From Octopus sinensis (taxonomy: Eukaryota): a stretch of DNA of 64,000 nt. The position numbers and the translations under genes were made by a program. Positions 36,931 through 49,513 of this stretch are shown here, one piece after another. The notes under the pieces are model-generated. The model was not told the DNA's origin, made no database searches, and saw only the letters and a program-made list of their open reading frames with translations. Location: NCBI RefSeq assembly GCF_006345805.1, contig NC_042998.1, forward strand, positions 107,384,001 to 107,448,000. Direction: 5' to 3'. Position 1 is the stretch's first letter. Each line of letters opens with the position of its first letter.

Positions 36931-38944
36931 TGATTCATGGCCAAGCAACAATGCGTCAAAAGAAGGAGATCAAGAGAGAGTGAGAAAGACAGAAATCAGA
37001 GATACCAGTGTTAAATGAGCAAAATGAGGAATATAGAGTAAGAGAAAGAGGGCATGCGAGACAGTGTGGAAGGTACTGACTCAGTGTGGGAAATACAGAC
37101 TCAGTATGAGAGATACAAACTTTAATGATGAAATAAACTGGTCAGGTAACAAATAGTCTCTAAATCAAATTCTGTGAAGTGGCTTGACAACAGTGCAAAT
37201 GTAATTAATGAGCTCCGAAAATAGCAAATAAAGGCACATGGTGCTTGCCTGATTTGTCTTTAATTCTACTTAAGTACAAATGGCAGGAAATAGGATTATA
37301 GTTCAAAGATGAGTTCTTCTAAATAACAGTAGAATAACAATAATATAACTATGATGAAATCAAAGGATTAAATTCACAAATAATCTAATCTGAAATCTGT
37401 GGAAACAGCTAACAGATTTTAAACAAATAGGGAAAATGCTTCTAAATGCTTCAAAAGCAGAAAAAACATACAAGGACTTTTTTTTACAGATTTATTACCT
37501 TATTTTAGTTGCTGAACAATCTTTCTGAGCCATATAAGATACTGTATCGTGATCTAATAGTATTCCTGAAGAAATGTTATAAAGAACAAATATCTGATAT
37601 GGTGCACTCAGAGAATTCTTCTACTGAATTCAGAATGATGGAGTGAAAACACCCTAAAAATTGCTTCTGTCCAGAAGTACTTAACTACCATAGTAACATC
37701 TTCATACACATTAAACTGATATGCATCATATAGAAGCAGCACTGTGAGAGACTCAACTCTGATTTTAGAAAACATCAAAGCATATGTGACTTGAGATTTA
37801 CTGTCAGACAAATCACAGAAAAAAAAATTCATCAAACAAATTATATGTATTGTAATTAATGAAAGACAGATTTTTTCCAAATTAATAGTATAAATAAATT
37901 GTGCTGCATGAAAATTAGAAATATTCTTCATTCTTTTATATTGTAATGGAGGTTAAAATATATATTAACACTCTCAAATCCTTGAGCTTCCACGATGAGA
38001 AGGTAGGTACTTAATCAAAAGGATACATTTACTTAATTTGTTTACAACTTTTAAGACAACACCTTTTGTGTCTCTATGGAGAAAAGAATAGGCATTGAGG
38101 TTTTCACCGTGAGAAGTTAACAGAGTAAACCAGTTCTGACTGAGTTTGTTGTCATGTTAGATATATGAGATGTACAAGTTAAGGACTGAAATGATTAGGG
38201 ACATATACAAAGTACAGAAAATCTTCCAGTTCATGTCCCAGACACCAGCCATCTACTAAAATATAAGGGTGTGTATTCAAACCCAGCTAGAAGTGCCATA
38301 GCTTGGTGAGAGAGAGTGTGTGTGTGTGTATGTGTGCGCACGCACCAAAGCTTACCTATCAGACTTACTATCAGGAAAATATGTACGGCAATACTGCTTT
38401 GTAGTAGGAGAGATATCAATCTGTGCATCATGACTTGAAACAAGGCAATCTAATCTCTCAACTTTAGTTAAGACAAAAACTAGAAATAAACCAAAAGTGA
38501 TAATATCTAAAAAGGAAATTACGAGAGTCATATCAAAAGTAATGCAAAAGTGGGCATAACTTTTTTATTAATTAACACAGGATGCTTTTTTATTAACACA
38601 GGATGTTCAAACTCCACATATTGCTAGAGTAACTCTTCTGTTCTTCATTGCAGGAAAATAATGGGTCCCAAACAGAAGCAGCATAGCATCACTGAATTCT
38701 TGACAAAGGAGGGGTGTTGGCTGTCTGACATCCACAGAAGGCTACATGTTGTTTACAAAAAGTGACAACATTGAAAAAAGCAATATGCACAGAAGGATGA
38801 AGTTTAAAAAGGAAACTAGCATTGAAGACAAACTATGCAGTGGGGGATCGTTGACTATGACCAGACATGAATCGCCATTGAGTAGATAAACTGATTCACA
38901 AACGCAGACAAGTCACAATAAATGAACTTCCTGTACAACTAGAC

Positions 38945-39236
38945 CAGTGGTTCCCAGCCCCTTGACACCCAGGCCACATTCCTAGCTCCCCTACCCCAAG
39001 TAACCACCACAAACATAGACTTCTTTCTGAAGCAAATTCAAAGCAATTGTATTTCCTAAATAAGACTTAACCTAATGACCCCATTATTTTGTTGTTTTTA
39101 CATGAATTGCCATCCCATTATCACACCAATCTTTACATGAATTGCTACCCTGTTATCACCCCACTTTTCTTCAACACCCCTTAGGAACTTTCCACCACCC
39201 CCAGGGGGGCAATACAGACCACTTTGGGAACCACTG
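38945..39236. mobile_element. hAT (Charlie-type) MITE, 292 bp
   Basis: TIR CAGTGGTTCCCA / TGGGAACCACTG with a perfect 8-bp TSD AACTAGAC (38937-38944 and 39237-39244). Confidence 0.93.
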
Positions 39237-39289
39237 AACTAGACTACGATCATAATGCTTTACCGAAGATGGATGGATTTTGATATCAG

Positions 39290-39435
39290 AGATCATCATC
39301 ATTTAACGACCATCTTCCATGCTGGCTTGGGTTAGATGTTTTAACAGGACCCAACAAAATAGCAAGACCGTGTCATGCCTCATGATTTCTGCAGCTGGAT
39401 GCCCTTCCTAACACAAACCACTTTACAGAGTGTGT
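39290..39435 (-). mobile_element. RTE 3'-tail fragment
   Basis: ATCATCATCATTTAACGACCATCTTCCATGCTGGCTTGGGTTAGATG...CAGCTGGATGCCCTTCCTAA (reverse complement of the tail). Confidence 0.75.
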
Positions 39436-39439
39436 ACCT

Positions 39440-39995
39440 TTGCAATTGACATCCGATCTGAAGGTAGAAATTTATCAGAAATGTTTGAAACTAATGAAGA
39501 CAATGTTTTTTCCCAATTTCATGACAGGGAATGAAACATGGACATATCTTAATGATTCAAATAAATGAAGGCTCAGTCCACAGAATGGTATCACACCTCT
39601 TCTTCAAAGCTTTGAGTTTTAGGATGGCAAGAGCATCATTCTGCTTGATTTTCTAGAATGTGGCAGTACCATAAACAGCAAGCTGTACACGAAGACACTC
39701 AAAAAGCTTACAGACACCACAAGGAGTTAGAAACCAAACAAGAATTTGAAAACAATCTACATTCATCATGATAATGTGCAACCATACACAATTGTGGCAA
39801 CAAATCAGGCAATCAGCAAATCAAATTTGTCAGTGGTCCCTTCTCTACTATTACTGCCAGGGTCTGGTGTGCATTAACTTTCACCAGTTCGGTTTAATGG
39901 AGAGCAGTCTTTAGGGATGACAATTTGATGAAACAAAAGAAGTGAAGGTGGCTACAATAATGGCATAAATGCATTGCTTGTGATGGTAGACTTTA
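39440..39995 (+). pseudogene. Decayed mariner transposase remnant (second lineage)
   Basis: MTGNETW, DGKSIILLDFLECGSTINSKLYTKTLKKL, IHHDNVQPYT and WHKCIACDG, with stops and deletions. Confidence 0.8.
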
Positions 39996-40419
39996 CAGAG
40001 TTATGGCTTTCTATAGAGGAAATTATTTTACCAACAAGTGCAATTTAAACACCCTATATCAGTTATGTCCACTTTTGCATTACTTATGTTAGAATCTTTG
40101 TATAATTTAAAAATTAATAAAAAACATAAAACATGTACTAACTTATACAATATAGCTCAATTTAATGGATGAATGGCCATTATCATCAGTATCTTCATTG
40201 TTTTGAGTTGAAAGAAAAATTTTGATTATGTACAGGTATTACTGAGATTTATTATGAAGTATTATAAGAGATACAGTGTCACAAATTGTTTTAGGGTGAA
40301 TGAGTAACTTCATTTACTAAATGTATGTCAAACACTACCAATATCAGAGATGTTAGTTCATGCAGTTTGAGTTAGCTGAGTAATAATTGTCAACAAACAG
40401 AATAGAATATTTTCTTTGT

Positions 40420-40815
40420 TAGTACGCCAGGCAAAATGCTTAGCGGTATTTTGTGTGTCTTCATGTCCTGAGTTCAAATTCTGCTGAGGTCAACTTTGCC
40501 TTTCATCCTTTTGGGGTCAATAAATTAAGTACCAGTTGCATACTGGTGTTAATCTAATTGACTGCCCCTCCTCCCCCCAAAATTCAGGTCTTGTGCCTAT
40601 GTGTAGGAAAGATTAGAAGGTGGCAAACTGGCAGAAATGCTTAGTGGTATTTCGTCTCTCTTTACATTCTGAGTTCAAATTCTGCCAAGGCCGACTTTGC
40701 CTTTCATCCTTTCGGGGTTGATAAATTAAGTACCATTTGCATACTGGGGTCAATCTAATCGACTGGTCCCCTCCCCACAAAATTTTGGGCCTTGTGTCTA
40801 AAGAAGAAAAAAATA
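40420..40815 (+). mobile_element. Two head-to-tail tRNA-derived SINE copies
   Basis: Each has AATGCTTAG(C/T)GGTATTT...CTGAGTTCAAAT...ACTTTGCCTTTCATCCTTT(T/C)GGGGT..ATAAATTAAGTACCA...GCCTTGTG. Confidence 0.8.
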
Positions 40816-41359
40816 TTTTCTAGGATTTTTTAACACTATAGGCGATCTGAGCTTCCAGACATTTTACAGAAGAGAATGTAAGTGGACAGAAAAACATAGC
40901 TCACAAGAAAATGTTTATGCTAAAGCAGAATGAAAAATGTAAAGCTTTCAATTGTAGGAAACTGTGAGACATGTAGACATTCTGTTATGGTCACATAGAA
41001 ACAAAGCATGCAAATAAATTCGTCATTTGAAAGTCAACTAATATAGACCCATCTATGGAATTACTTGATTATAGAACCAATGATACAGGCTAGGAAACCA
41101 ATAAAATTGTGATCCTTAATTTAGTTTGTGTTGTAATTGCAAAACCTTCTCACACAAAACATTGTTATAGATCAAATTTTTTTCATCTTCATAAATACTA
41201 GATAAATGAGGTTACAACACACCTCTGTTAACAATGAATTGAATATTTTCCTTAACTTATGTAACATATAACTTAAATAGTTTTTTTTTATATATAATTA
41301 AAATGGAAATAACATTACAATTATTAACATGTCATAAAAATATAACCTGATAAAATAAT

Positions 41360-41570
41360 GTTGTTCAACAGGTGTCAGCCTTGATTCAACAAACCTATAA
41401 TCAAAGGCATTCCAGCCATGACCATCTCATTTTTTTTTTTCAGCTATAGTGTATCAAAGACTACATTATCCAATATGTGTTACCCATTTTTTGAAGATGA
41501 GGCGTGATATGAGGAAACTTTCATTGCTATTTCTAGCAGGTTGACTGACTATGTAAAAAGTTACCTCATT
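41360..41570 (-). repeat. Dispersed repeat of about 200 bp (other copies near 30930-31110, 33800-33940, 43570-43750, 48255-48570, 59790-59920)
   Basis: Shared AGAAATAGCAGCCAAAT...ACATTGGATAATGT...GGTCATGGCTGGAATGCCTTTGAT blocks. Superfamily not determined. Confidence 0.65.
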
Positions 41571-41934
41571 ATCTTGAAATAACTTCTTTCTTTTCTAGTC
41601 TGTTAGTCATCTGATATGTCAGTTGCTCTTTACATTTGGTCAGGTTGTAGTGGCTGTTCTACGTATCAGCCTGTTGTCATTATCTCTCTTTAACTATGTT
41701 GTCGCTTCCTTTCTCCAATTGCCCTTCATATACACTATTTCTCTTTTCTCTCTCACCGGTTTTTTTCTTAGTTTTTTTTTTTTATTATTTCCAAACATAC
41801 ATAATAGTATTCAATATTTTCCAAATTCAATTGCAATGTTTTAATAATATTGTTCCTTATGTGATTTGTTAAGCTTTCTTTCAACCATTTAGCAACTAGG
41901 TACTGTATTTGATTTCAACAAACCACATTTTCCT

Positions 41935-42387
41935 AGGTCATCTTTGTGTATGGAAGAGGACAGCTGCATAAAGAAGTGTCAAGCTCTAATTGTGGAGGGT
42001 ACCTGTGGAAGGGATGGACCCAGGAAGATGTGGGATGAAGTGGTAGAGAGGATCTTCAGATGCTGGGCCTCACTGAGGAAATGACAAGGGACCGGGAAAT
42101 GTGGTGATTTGCTGTAGTACTCGAGAAGACACATCAATCTAAGTAAAATTGCTATCTTCCATACGTACACGCTTGTCCTTTCAGGTGCTGGTGCCACATA
42201 AAAAGCACTTTTGCCGGTGCAGCATAAATGCACCAGTGCCAGTGTTGCGTAAAAAGTGGTTGGCATTAGGAAGGGCATCCAGCCATAGAAACCATACCAC
42301 AACAGACAGCTCCCTACTAACCAGCTCCATATCCAACCATCCAACCTATGCCTCCATGAAGAGTGGACATTAAACAATGATGATGAT
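41935..42387 (+). mobile_element. RTE LINE 3' end: ORF C-terminus plus full 3' UTR
   Basis: RMEEDSCIKKCQALIVEGTCGR..PRKMWDEVV runs directly into the GGTGCCACATAAAAAGCAC / GGTTGGCATTAGGAAGGGCATCCAGC / (GAT)n tail. Confidence 0.8.
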
Positions 42388-42895
42388 CTTCTTCAGATAC
42401 CCTCCTCTAAAAACAGATGGCACTTCTTTGTGCAGTTACCTTTCTTGCACACATCAACTGATAAATTTAAAGCCCAGCCAGTTTCTCAACTTACTTGTGC
42501 CCTTTTTTTCCTGTAGGTTAACACTACACACATAACTTTTCATAGATGTTCCACATCCAATAACCAAGTCTCACAAAGCAGCATCATATTTTTGACACAT
42601 ACTTCATACAGTCCAACTTGCACATAAAGAGAGGAACACTTTTGTTGCAAACAGAATTAACAGCTCCCTAAGCTTCTTACACCCTCTCTATACTTTTAGC
42701 AACTATATATCTCTACAACTAACATCAATTAGATTACCTATGGAACAAAAGCTGTCAACTACATTTTGTGATTGTCTAGGCAGTTCAAAGACTTCATTTC
42801 ATGAGTACTTCCTAATGTTACATCTATCACATCTGAAATCCTGGTTCACTGATATCATTTTTATTAATACTCCTGTAAATCTATCAGATCTGATG

Positions 42896-43147
42896 TGAAG
42901 GTGCATGGCTTAGTGGTTAGGGTATTTAGCTCACAATTGTAAGGTTGTGAGTTAGATACCCAGTGGCATGCTCCAGTTCACTCAGCTGGCAAAAACGAAT
43001 TGCACCTGTAATTCAAAGAACCAGCTTTGTCACATTCCATATCATAATGAATCTCCTTGAGAACTACCGTAAGGATACGTGTCTCAGCACTTGCATGTTA
43101 AATTCATGAGCATCTGGAACCCTTATCATTGTAACTGACAGAGTGCC
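42896..43147 (+). mobile_element. tRNA-derived SINE, internally deleted
   Basis: A-box-like TGGCTTAGTGGTTAGG and B-box-like GAGTTAGATACC, then CTCCAGTTCACTCAGCTGG...GAATCTCCTTGAGAACTAC. Confidence 0.75.
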
Positions 43148-44014
43148 AGTTAGCAGACCTAAAGTCTTGGTTTACAGGTGTCATTTTATGAGTACTATTA
43201 ACTACCCCTGCACTTCAATCACATCAGAAATCCTGGTTCTCTGTCAGTCAGTCTGTGAGAAAAATTGACTTCATTAGAACAAATAAGGTCTACAGAACAA
43301 CAATTATTTGTCAAGCTCCTACTTACTTTTTATGTCAAATGGATAAACTTAATTGTAATATTGGAAAAAAACTCCAGAATATAGTGGGGATGTTGCAAAC
43401 TTGAAATCTACACTAATGCTTACTTTTACTAGAGAAATATTTCAGCCAATCTAAGTACCAATGAGTACACTACTCCATTACATAACACTGCATACCACAC
43501 AGGACTCACTATACTACTGTACCACATCACATTCCATAACTTTGCAAGTGAACAAGTGAGTTGTTTACTGGTCATTCAAAATAGCAGCCAAATCTTTCAC
43601 GAATCACACCCTCCTATCTTAAAAAAGGAAGAACACACTGGAAAATATAATAATAGAGACACTGTAAAGGAGTGAAAAATTGGACAGGTGGTCACAGCTA
43701 CAATGTCTCTAATTATAGGCCTGCTCAATCAAGGGTGACCTGACCTTGATTATGAAGGGGTGCTGAAAAGAGTATTGTGAAAGATCTGGTTGGAGGCCCA
43801 GCCTTCTGAGTTCTTTTACAAGGCTTAGAAAAACTGAAGGACTATTGCAGTGTGTGAATCTAAGAGGAGAATATGTTGGATAAAATCATAATTAATTGAT
43901 CCTCTTGTATTTCTTTTTACCCAAAGCTAGGAATTTCTCAGCACTCCCTCGTATAACTACACCACATTACACTACTGAAACATTACTCTACTCTACTCTC
44001 TCTCTCGCATATAA

Positions 44015-44331
44015 CAGGCACTTCGTTGGTTATGACAACTGTTCTAGTTGATCCAATCAATGGAACGGCCCTCTTGTGAAATTAACATGTGAGTGGCTGA
44101 GCACTCTCAGACATGTGTATCCTTAATGTAGTTCTCGGGGAGATTCAGTGTGACACAGAATGTGATAAGGCTGGCCCTTTGAATTAGATACAACTTATTT
44201 TTACCAGCTGAATAGACTGGAGCAATATGAAATAAAGTGTCTTGCTCATGGACAGTGGACCGCTGGAAATCAAACTCATAAACTTATGATCAAGATCCAA
44301 ATAGCTTAACCAGTAAGCCATATGCCTTCAT
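44015..44331 (-). mobile_element. tRNA-derived SINE, same family as 42896-43147, inverted
   Basis: Reverse complement TGAAGGCATATGGCTTACTGGTTAAG...CTCCAGTCTATTCAGCTGG...GAATCTCCCCGAGAACTAC...GAAGTGCC. Confidence 0.75.
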
Positions 44332-45099
44332 ACATGCACATATATACACAGAAACTATGTCATAATCACACCTCAATATTTCACCCAATTCTAATTCATT
44401 AAATTATTTACAACTGGTAAAATCCATTTGGAAAGAATTGTTAGACAGTTTAAATACCTGAAAGATTAAGTCTGTAAGTAACTACTTTATAACAGAATTG
44501 GGCCATAAAAATACCTGCAAAGCAACTGTTATCATAAGTCATGTCATAATCACAAATGATATGAAAACCATGTTGAGGGATATTTGATTGCTATGTTGTG
44601 TAAGTATGTTATAGCTACACTAAGGAAGAATCTAAAGAACTTCAGTATAAATTATACAGTCCAACTGGAAACACAGAATGACACTCATTAAAAATAAAAG
44701 GTAAATTGAAGTCAAAAAGACTGACTCATTTTCATTGAAAAATTCACTACTTATGCTTTCAAGAATTCCTACCTCTCAAAAAGAATAAATGACTAACAGT
44801 TTAAGACTTCAGGTATTTTAAACTTGAAATTTCAACTAATATTTTTATCTATGTAAAAAAAAATTTCTATACCAGAAGTTATACCTTGTGAAATCACTTC
44901 AATGTCTTATCATTACTAAGGCAGATATCATAACAGTCCACTAAAGATTAAATCTTGGATATTACAAACTTTTTTAATTGTGTGCTTGACAGAGGTTAAG
45001 ACTTACAACAAACCACATCTAAGAGGCTGATTCTCAACTGCTTAGCAATTTATAAATACTTACAGCTTTACTGTATGTAGATTTTAGAATAGCTATGTC

Positions 45100-45690
45100 A
45101 CATCACTGTATGTCAAAAGAGACAACTAAGTGTTGGCAACAGGAGGAGCATTCAACCATAAAACACTGCTTCAGAAAGCCATCCAACCCTTGCCTATATA
45201 AAAAAGAGCACCTAAAATACTGATAACTACTTTGAGTTAGATGTGGTTTCCCTTTTAATTGGATTGTTCTGATGAAAGAGGCTATACCTATGATCTTCAC
45301 AAGCTTTCTGAGACCAGTGAGATCACTGCAGTTAACATTCTTCTTGAGCACTTGCATGTTGACAACTGCAGGAAAAACATGTACAAGGGAAGGTTCCAGA
45401 GGGTTTACAATCAAGGAAAGATTGGGTCTTGTGGTTAGTATGAAGCCTGGAGGAAAACAAACTCTATAGTTGATGAGAGGAGAGACAAGTGAAGCAAGAG
45501 TGTAAGAGTAGAGATGGAAAAAAGACCAGCCAACTCCAAGGAGATAAAGCCACAGTAGTGGAAAAGCAGAGAGAGGAGACATCATATCAGTGTACTGGAA
45601 GTTGAGATATACTAGTGAGTAACTTTGCAGAAATCATTCAGGTGGGTTTTCTTAGGATGTCTGCAAGTGTGTAGCATCAGTACTGATTCA
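45100..45690 (-). mobile_element. CR1-like LINE 3' remnant related to 35050-35340
   Basis: Shares AGGAAAGATTGGGTCTTGTGGTTAGT and ACCAGCCAACTCCAAGGAG with the 35.2-35.3 kb segment. ORF 45103-45585 is not an intact gene. Confidence 0.5.
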
Positions 45691-48600
45691 AATGAGGGAG
45701 CAGTGCTCCACTGTAGGTCTTGCCTGAAATTTGTAGAATAAGTACTAGGCTTACAAAGAATAAGTCCTGGGGTCAATTTGTTCAATTAAAGGTGGTGTTC
45801 CAGCATGACCACAGTCAAATAACTGAAACAAGTAAAAAAGAATAGTTCAGTGTGGAAGGGAAGGCACATTTGGGGCGCAATGAGGACAACTGAAGTATTA
45901 TTGTTACAGCCAGTGGCCTTGTTGGTTTAAAGCAACCAGAGGTGGTTTCACACTTGGCGTGTATGTACATGTAGAATGAAAAAGATAGCTTGAGAGATAT
46001 ATCTTATGTGTGTAGAACTGGATACAAAATGGACAGAAAATGTGAATGCTTTTACAGTTAAGAACTGGAAGGAAAGATTCCACAAAGTTGACAAAAATCA
46101 TTTTAACAAAGGGGAGGTAGGTCATATAGACTGTGCAAAGCACAGGAACATCCTTTACATTTTGAATGATGATCTTCAAGAATGCCATCTATTTTGCATT
46201 TTGTGACAAAATTCTTGAACTACATTGAACACCACTGAAAATGCTTTTGGGAAATTTGACAAAGACAACCTAATGGACTTCATATCTTACCAAGCTGCTG
46301 CAACAACAATCAAATTATAGACAGGTATACAGTATGATATATTACTCATTCATGTTTATCTGGTCTGTGACAGTAACAATCATAAGATGACTTCATTTCT
46401 TTCTATCCTTTCCTATCTGGATTATATTCACCATCAACACAGTACTTTACCAATTTGTCTATAACAGCGCTGTTATCTGTTGTTTTTTTTTTATACATCA
46501 GTTGATGTATTTAATGTCCAACCATTCTTCCCAGCTCACTTGTGCTCCACCCTACAAGCGGGTTAAAATTAGGTTTGTGTATGTGTAATCTCAAGAGTGA
46601 TCCAGAGCACATGTGATAATGTGCATTATCATCTAATTCATTATAAAAAAAATAATGTAATATAGAAACAGTGAGAAGATAGGTAGTGAACTCCATCAGT
46701 AACCTGGTTTCATTTCCTGATTGTAATTTTACTTGACATTTGTCCCCATATTAATGTCACAACACCAACTTACCATATCAATCTGAAGCCTAGTAGCACC
46801 AGCATTATTGTCAATTTCAAAAACAATATGAATCTTTCCTTTTCAAGTAATTGCAGGAAAATAGCTGAAATTTCAAAAGCTGTAAAACTACCATCACTGT
46901 GCTTCCCTTTTTTAAACCTAGGACATTAATCGATGTTCATTGGTTACCAAACAGAAAAGCATGCTTACTTTGAAAATCTACAAAACTATATTAATACTTT
47001 GGTTCCTTATTTGCTAACTTTTTTCAAGAATCTTACAGAAATGTCTTCAATCTTTATTACCATTAACGGCAGTGCCCCAGCTTTGAGCTGAAACCGATAA
47101 AAGAAAGTAAGTTACAGTACTAAAGAAAAGATTAAAAGAACATTACAGTTCCAAAATATGGAATGCACTGCCAGTAGCCACTGTGAAAGTTGAGGACAAG
47201 CAAATTTTAAAAAAAACAAAACCTTTTTCCACAGCAACTTAGAATATTACTTTCTAACTTGACATAATTTACATTTAATAGCATCTGCAACTAAGCAGTG
47301 TTCTAAAACTATTCCTGGGTTGACAAATGGAGCAGTAGCTGTGCACTAATAGATGTTTTATTCTTCATCATTTCTGAATTGGCAGCAAACTGCTGTTTGT
47401 ACTACAGTTTGTGTACTACTTACTTAGATAGAACTATAGCAACATATCACGCGATAAAACTCTTTCATAAGTACAAATACTCTAATTTACCACAGACACG
47501 TTTGATTGACAAAAATGCATGACTCAACAAAAAAAACGAAACCATAATCAATAAGGATAACCAAACCATGCAGACATTTTGGTTACATAAACTACGTATT
47601 TATTACTTAAATTATTTATATTGCATGTTAGTGTGGTCTGATAGACTTTTGCGATTTACAAAAATGCTTAATAAGAGTATATAGCAAACGGTTCATTTGT
47701 CTGGAGAAAAGAACTGAACAGATGTTAACGGAAATAATGAAATCCTAACTCGAAATAGATGAAAATGATTGTGTGGCTTATATTTGAAATAATTCAACTT
47801 AAAAACACCCTTTGTACCAATGTTTTATTTTGCAACACAGGATGATTGCTCTATCATTGATAAGAAAATGAAAATATAAAACGTATGGTTTCTAGGAAAA
47901 TAGGGTTGTTGCATCACCATTATTTAAATGTTAGTGTTTGTACACTAGAGGAATGGTTTTAATGGTGAACAGATAGACCAGGGATTATTTTATGATATCA
48001 TCAGACGAAGAATTGATAAACTGTTCGCAAATACCAACATCTCGTATGGTAATTGAATAAAATAAAACACGCGTTTCTAAGAAAATTTATATGAATAAAA
48101 CAACTAGTGAGTACAAATATGGTGGTAATAAATTTGTTACGTGGTTGTAGCATGACTGCAGGTGTATGTGTGTGCAACCAGCTCTCCCCCGTCCCCATGA
48201 TGTTTGTAATTGCATTCAGAACACCAACAAGGTAACAGCTACGAGGTCGTTCGAACAATTAGAAACAACAGCCAAATCTTCCTCAAACCATAGGCTACTG
48301 TCTTTTTAAAAAAAAGGACACTTTAAACAATGTATATTCCCTGATAACAGCAAAAAAAGAAATAAATAAAAGACGGGTTGTCATAGCTGGAATGCCTTTC
48401 ATTGCAGGTTTTCTCCATCAGAACTCTCTTACTAGAAATAGCAGTTAAATGTCACTCAATCGTCACCCGACTGTCTTAAAAAGGACACATTGAACAACGT
48501 AATCTGGGTACACTATTTCTGTAAAGGGGGCGAATTGAGGGAAATGTGGTTGCTATTTCTGGGAGGTTGCGCAAATATGTAGAGGCTCACTCGTTGGTTC

Positions 48601-49384
48601 GTTCATTAGTATGGGTACAGAGGAGGTGTGATAGTCAATATATATTTTTTTTATCTGAGTAGAAAGAGAGGGAGGAGATAAATGCAGTCCATCACATCAA
48701 CATATTTTTAATCCGTTTCAATAATTTATATATTAAATTGTTGAACTGACATCACAGAAGAGGCACTGTTAACAGAAACCTTGCAAGAACCAGGTTGTAG
48801 ACATTATAGTAGTACCTTGCCTCTATAACGGTGCTGAAATGCATACTGAAGTAGGAATATAGCAGTATTCATAAATTTTTCGTCTACGCAGCAATGCTTG
48901 CAGAGTTTGAATATGTATGGGTGGCATGATTCATAGAGTTTATTTCACAGAGTAAATAAATAGAAGACGAAATAAAGGCTAGTGGAGATTTCTTAATTAT
49001 TACTACATCGAAGCCACTTAACGAATTCCGCTTTTTCATTAGACAAACAACAGTATGCATCTGTCAGGTGCTTCGTTTGAAGCCTACTGCTTGCTGTCTT
49101 GTTATTATTGAAAGAGGCGTTAGTGACAACAACAATGATAAGAAGAGTGAAAGTATAAATGTAGCATCTTGCAGTGAGATGAAGTAGAGATGTCAGCCAT
49201 GTTGAATAGCTAATGTCACACGAGATGTGTGTGAGGGACACAAAGTAGAGAATAAACATTAATCGGACCCCACCTCTTTCAGAAACAAATCGAATAGTGC
49301 TAGGTGTATTTTGGCTTTATGAGCAATACAATACGAACATATGGAAGAAACTTAAACATCATGTACATACACACACTTGATGAG

Positions 49385-49417
49385 ATGTGTGTGTATATAT
49401 ATATATGTGTGTGTGTG

Positions 49418-49512
<95 letters not shown>
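49385..49512. repeat. Compound (GT)n/(AT)n microsatellite
   Basis: Alternating GT and AT dinucleotide runs. Confidence 0.95.

Positions 49513-49513
<1 letters not shown>

Noticed and set aside
42896-42965. tRNA gene
   Set aside because: A- and B-box-like head only; no cloverleaf, and it continues into a SINE body repeated elsewhere in the window.
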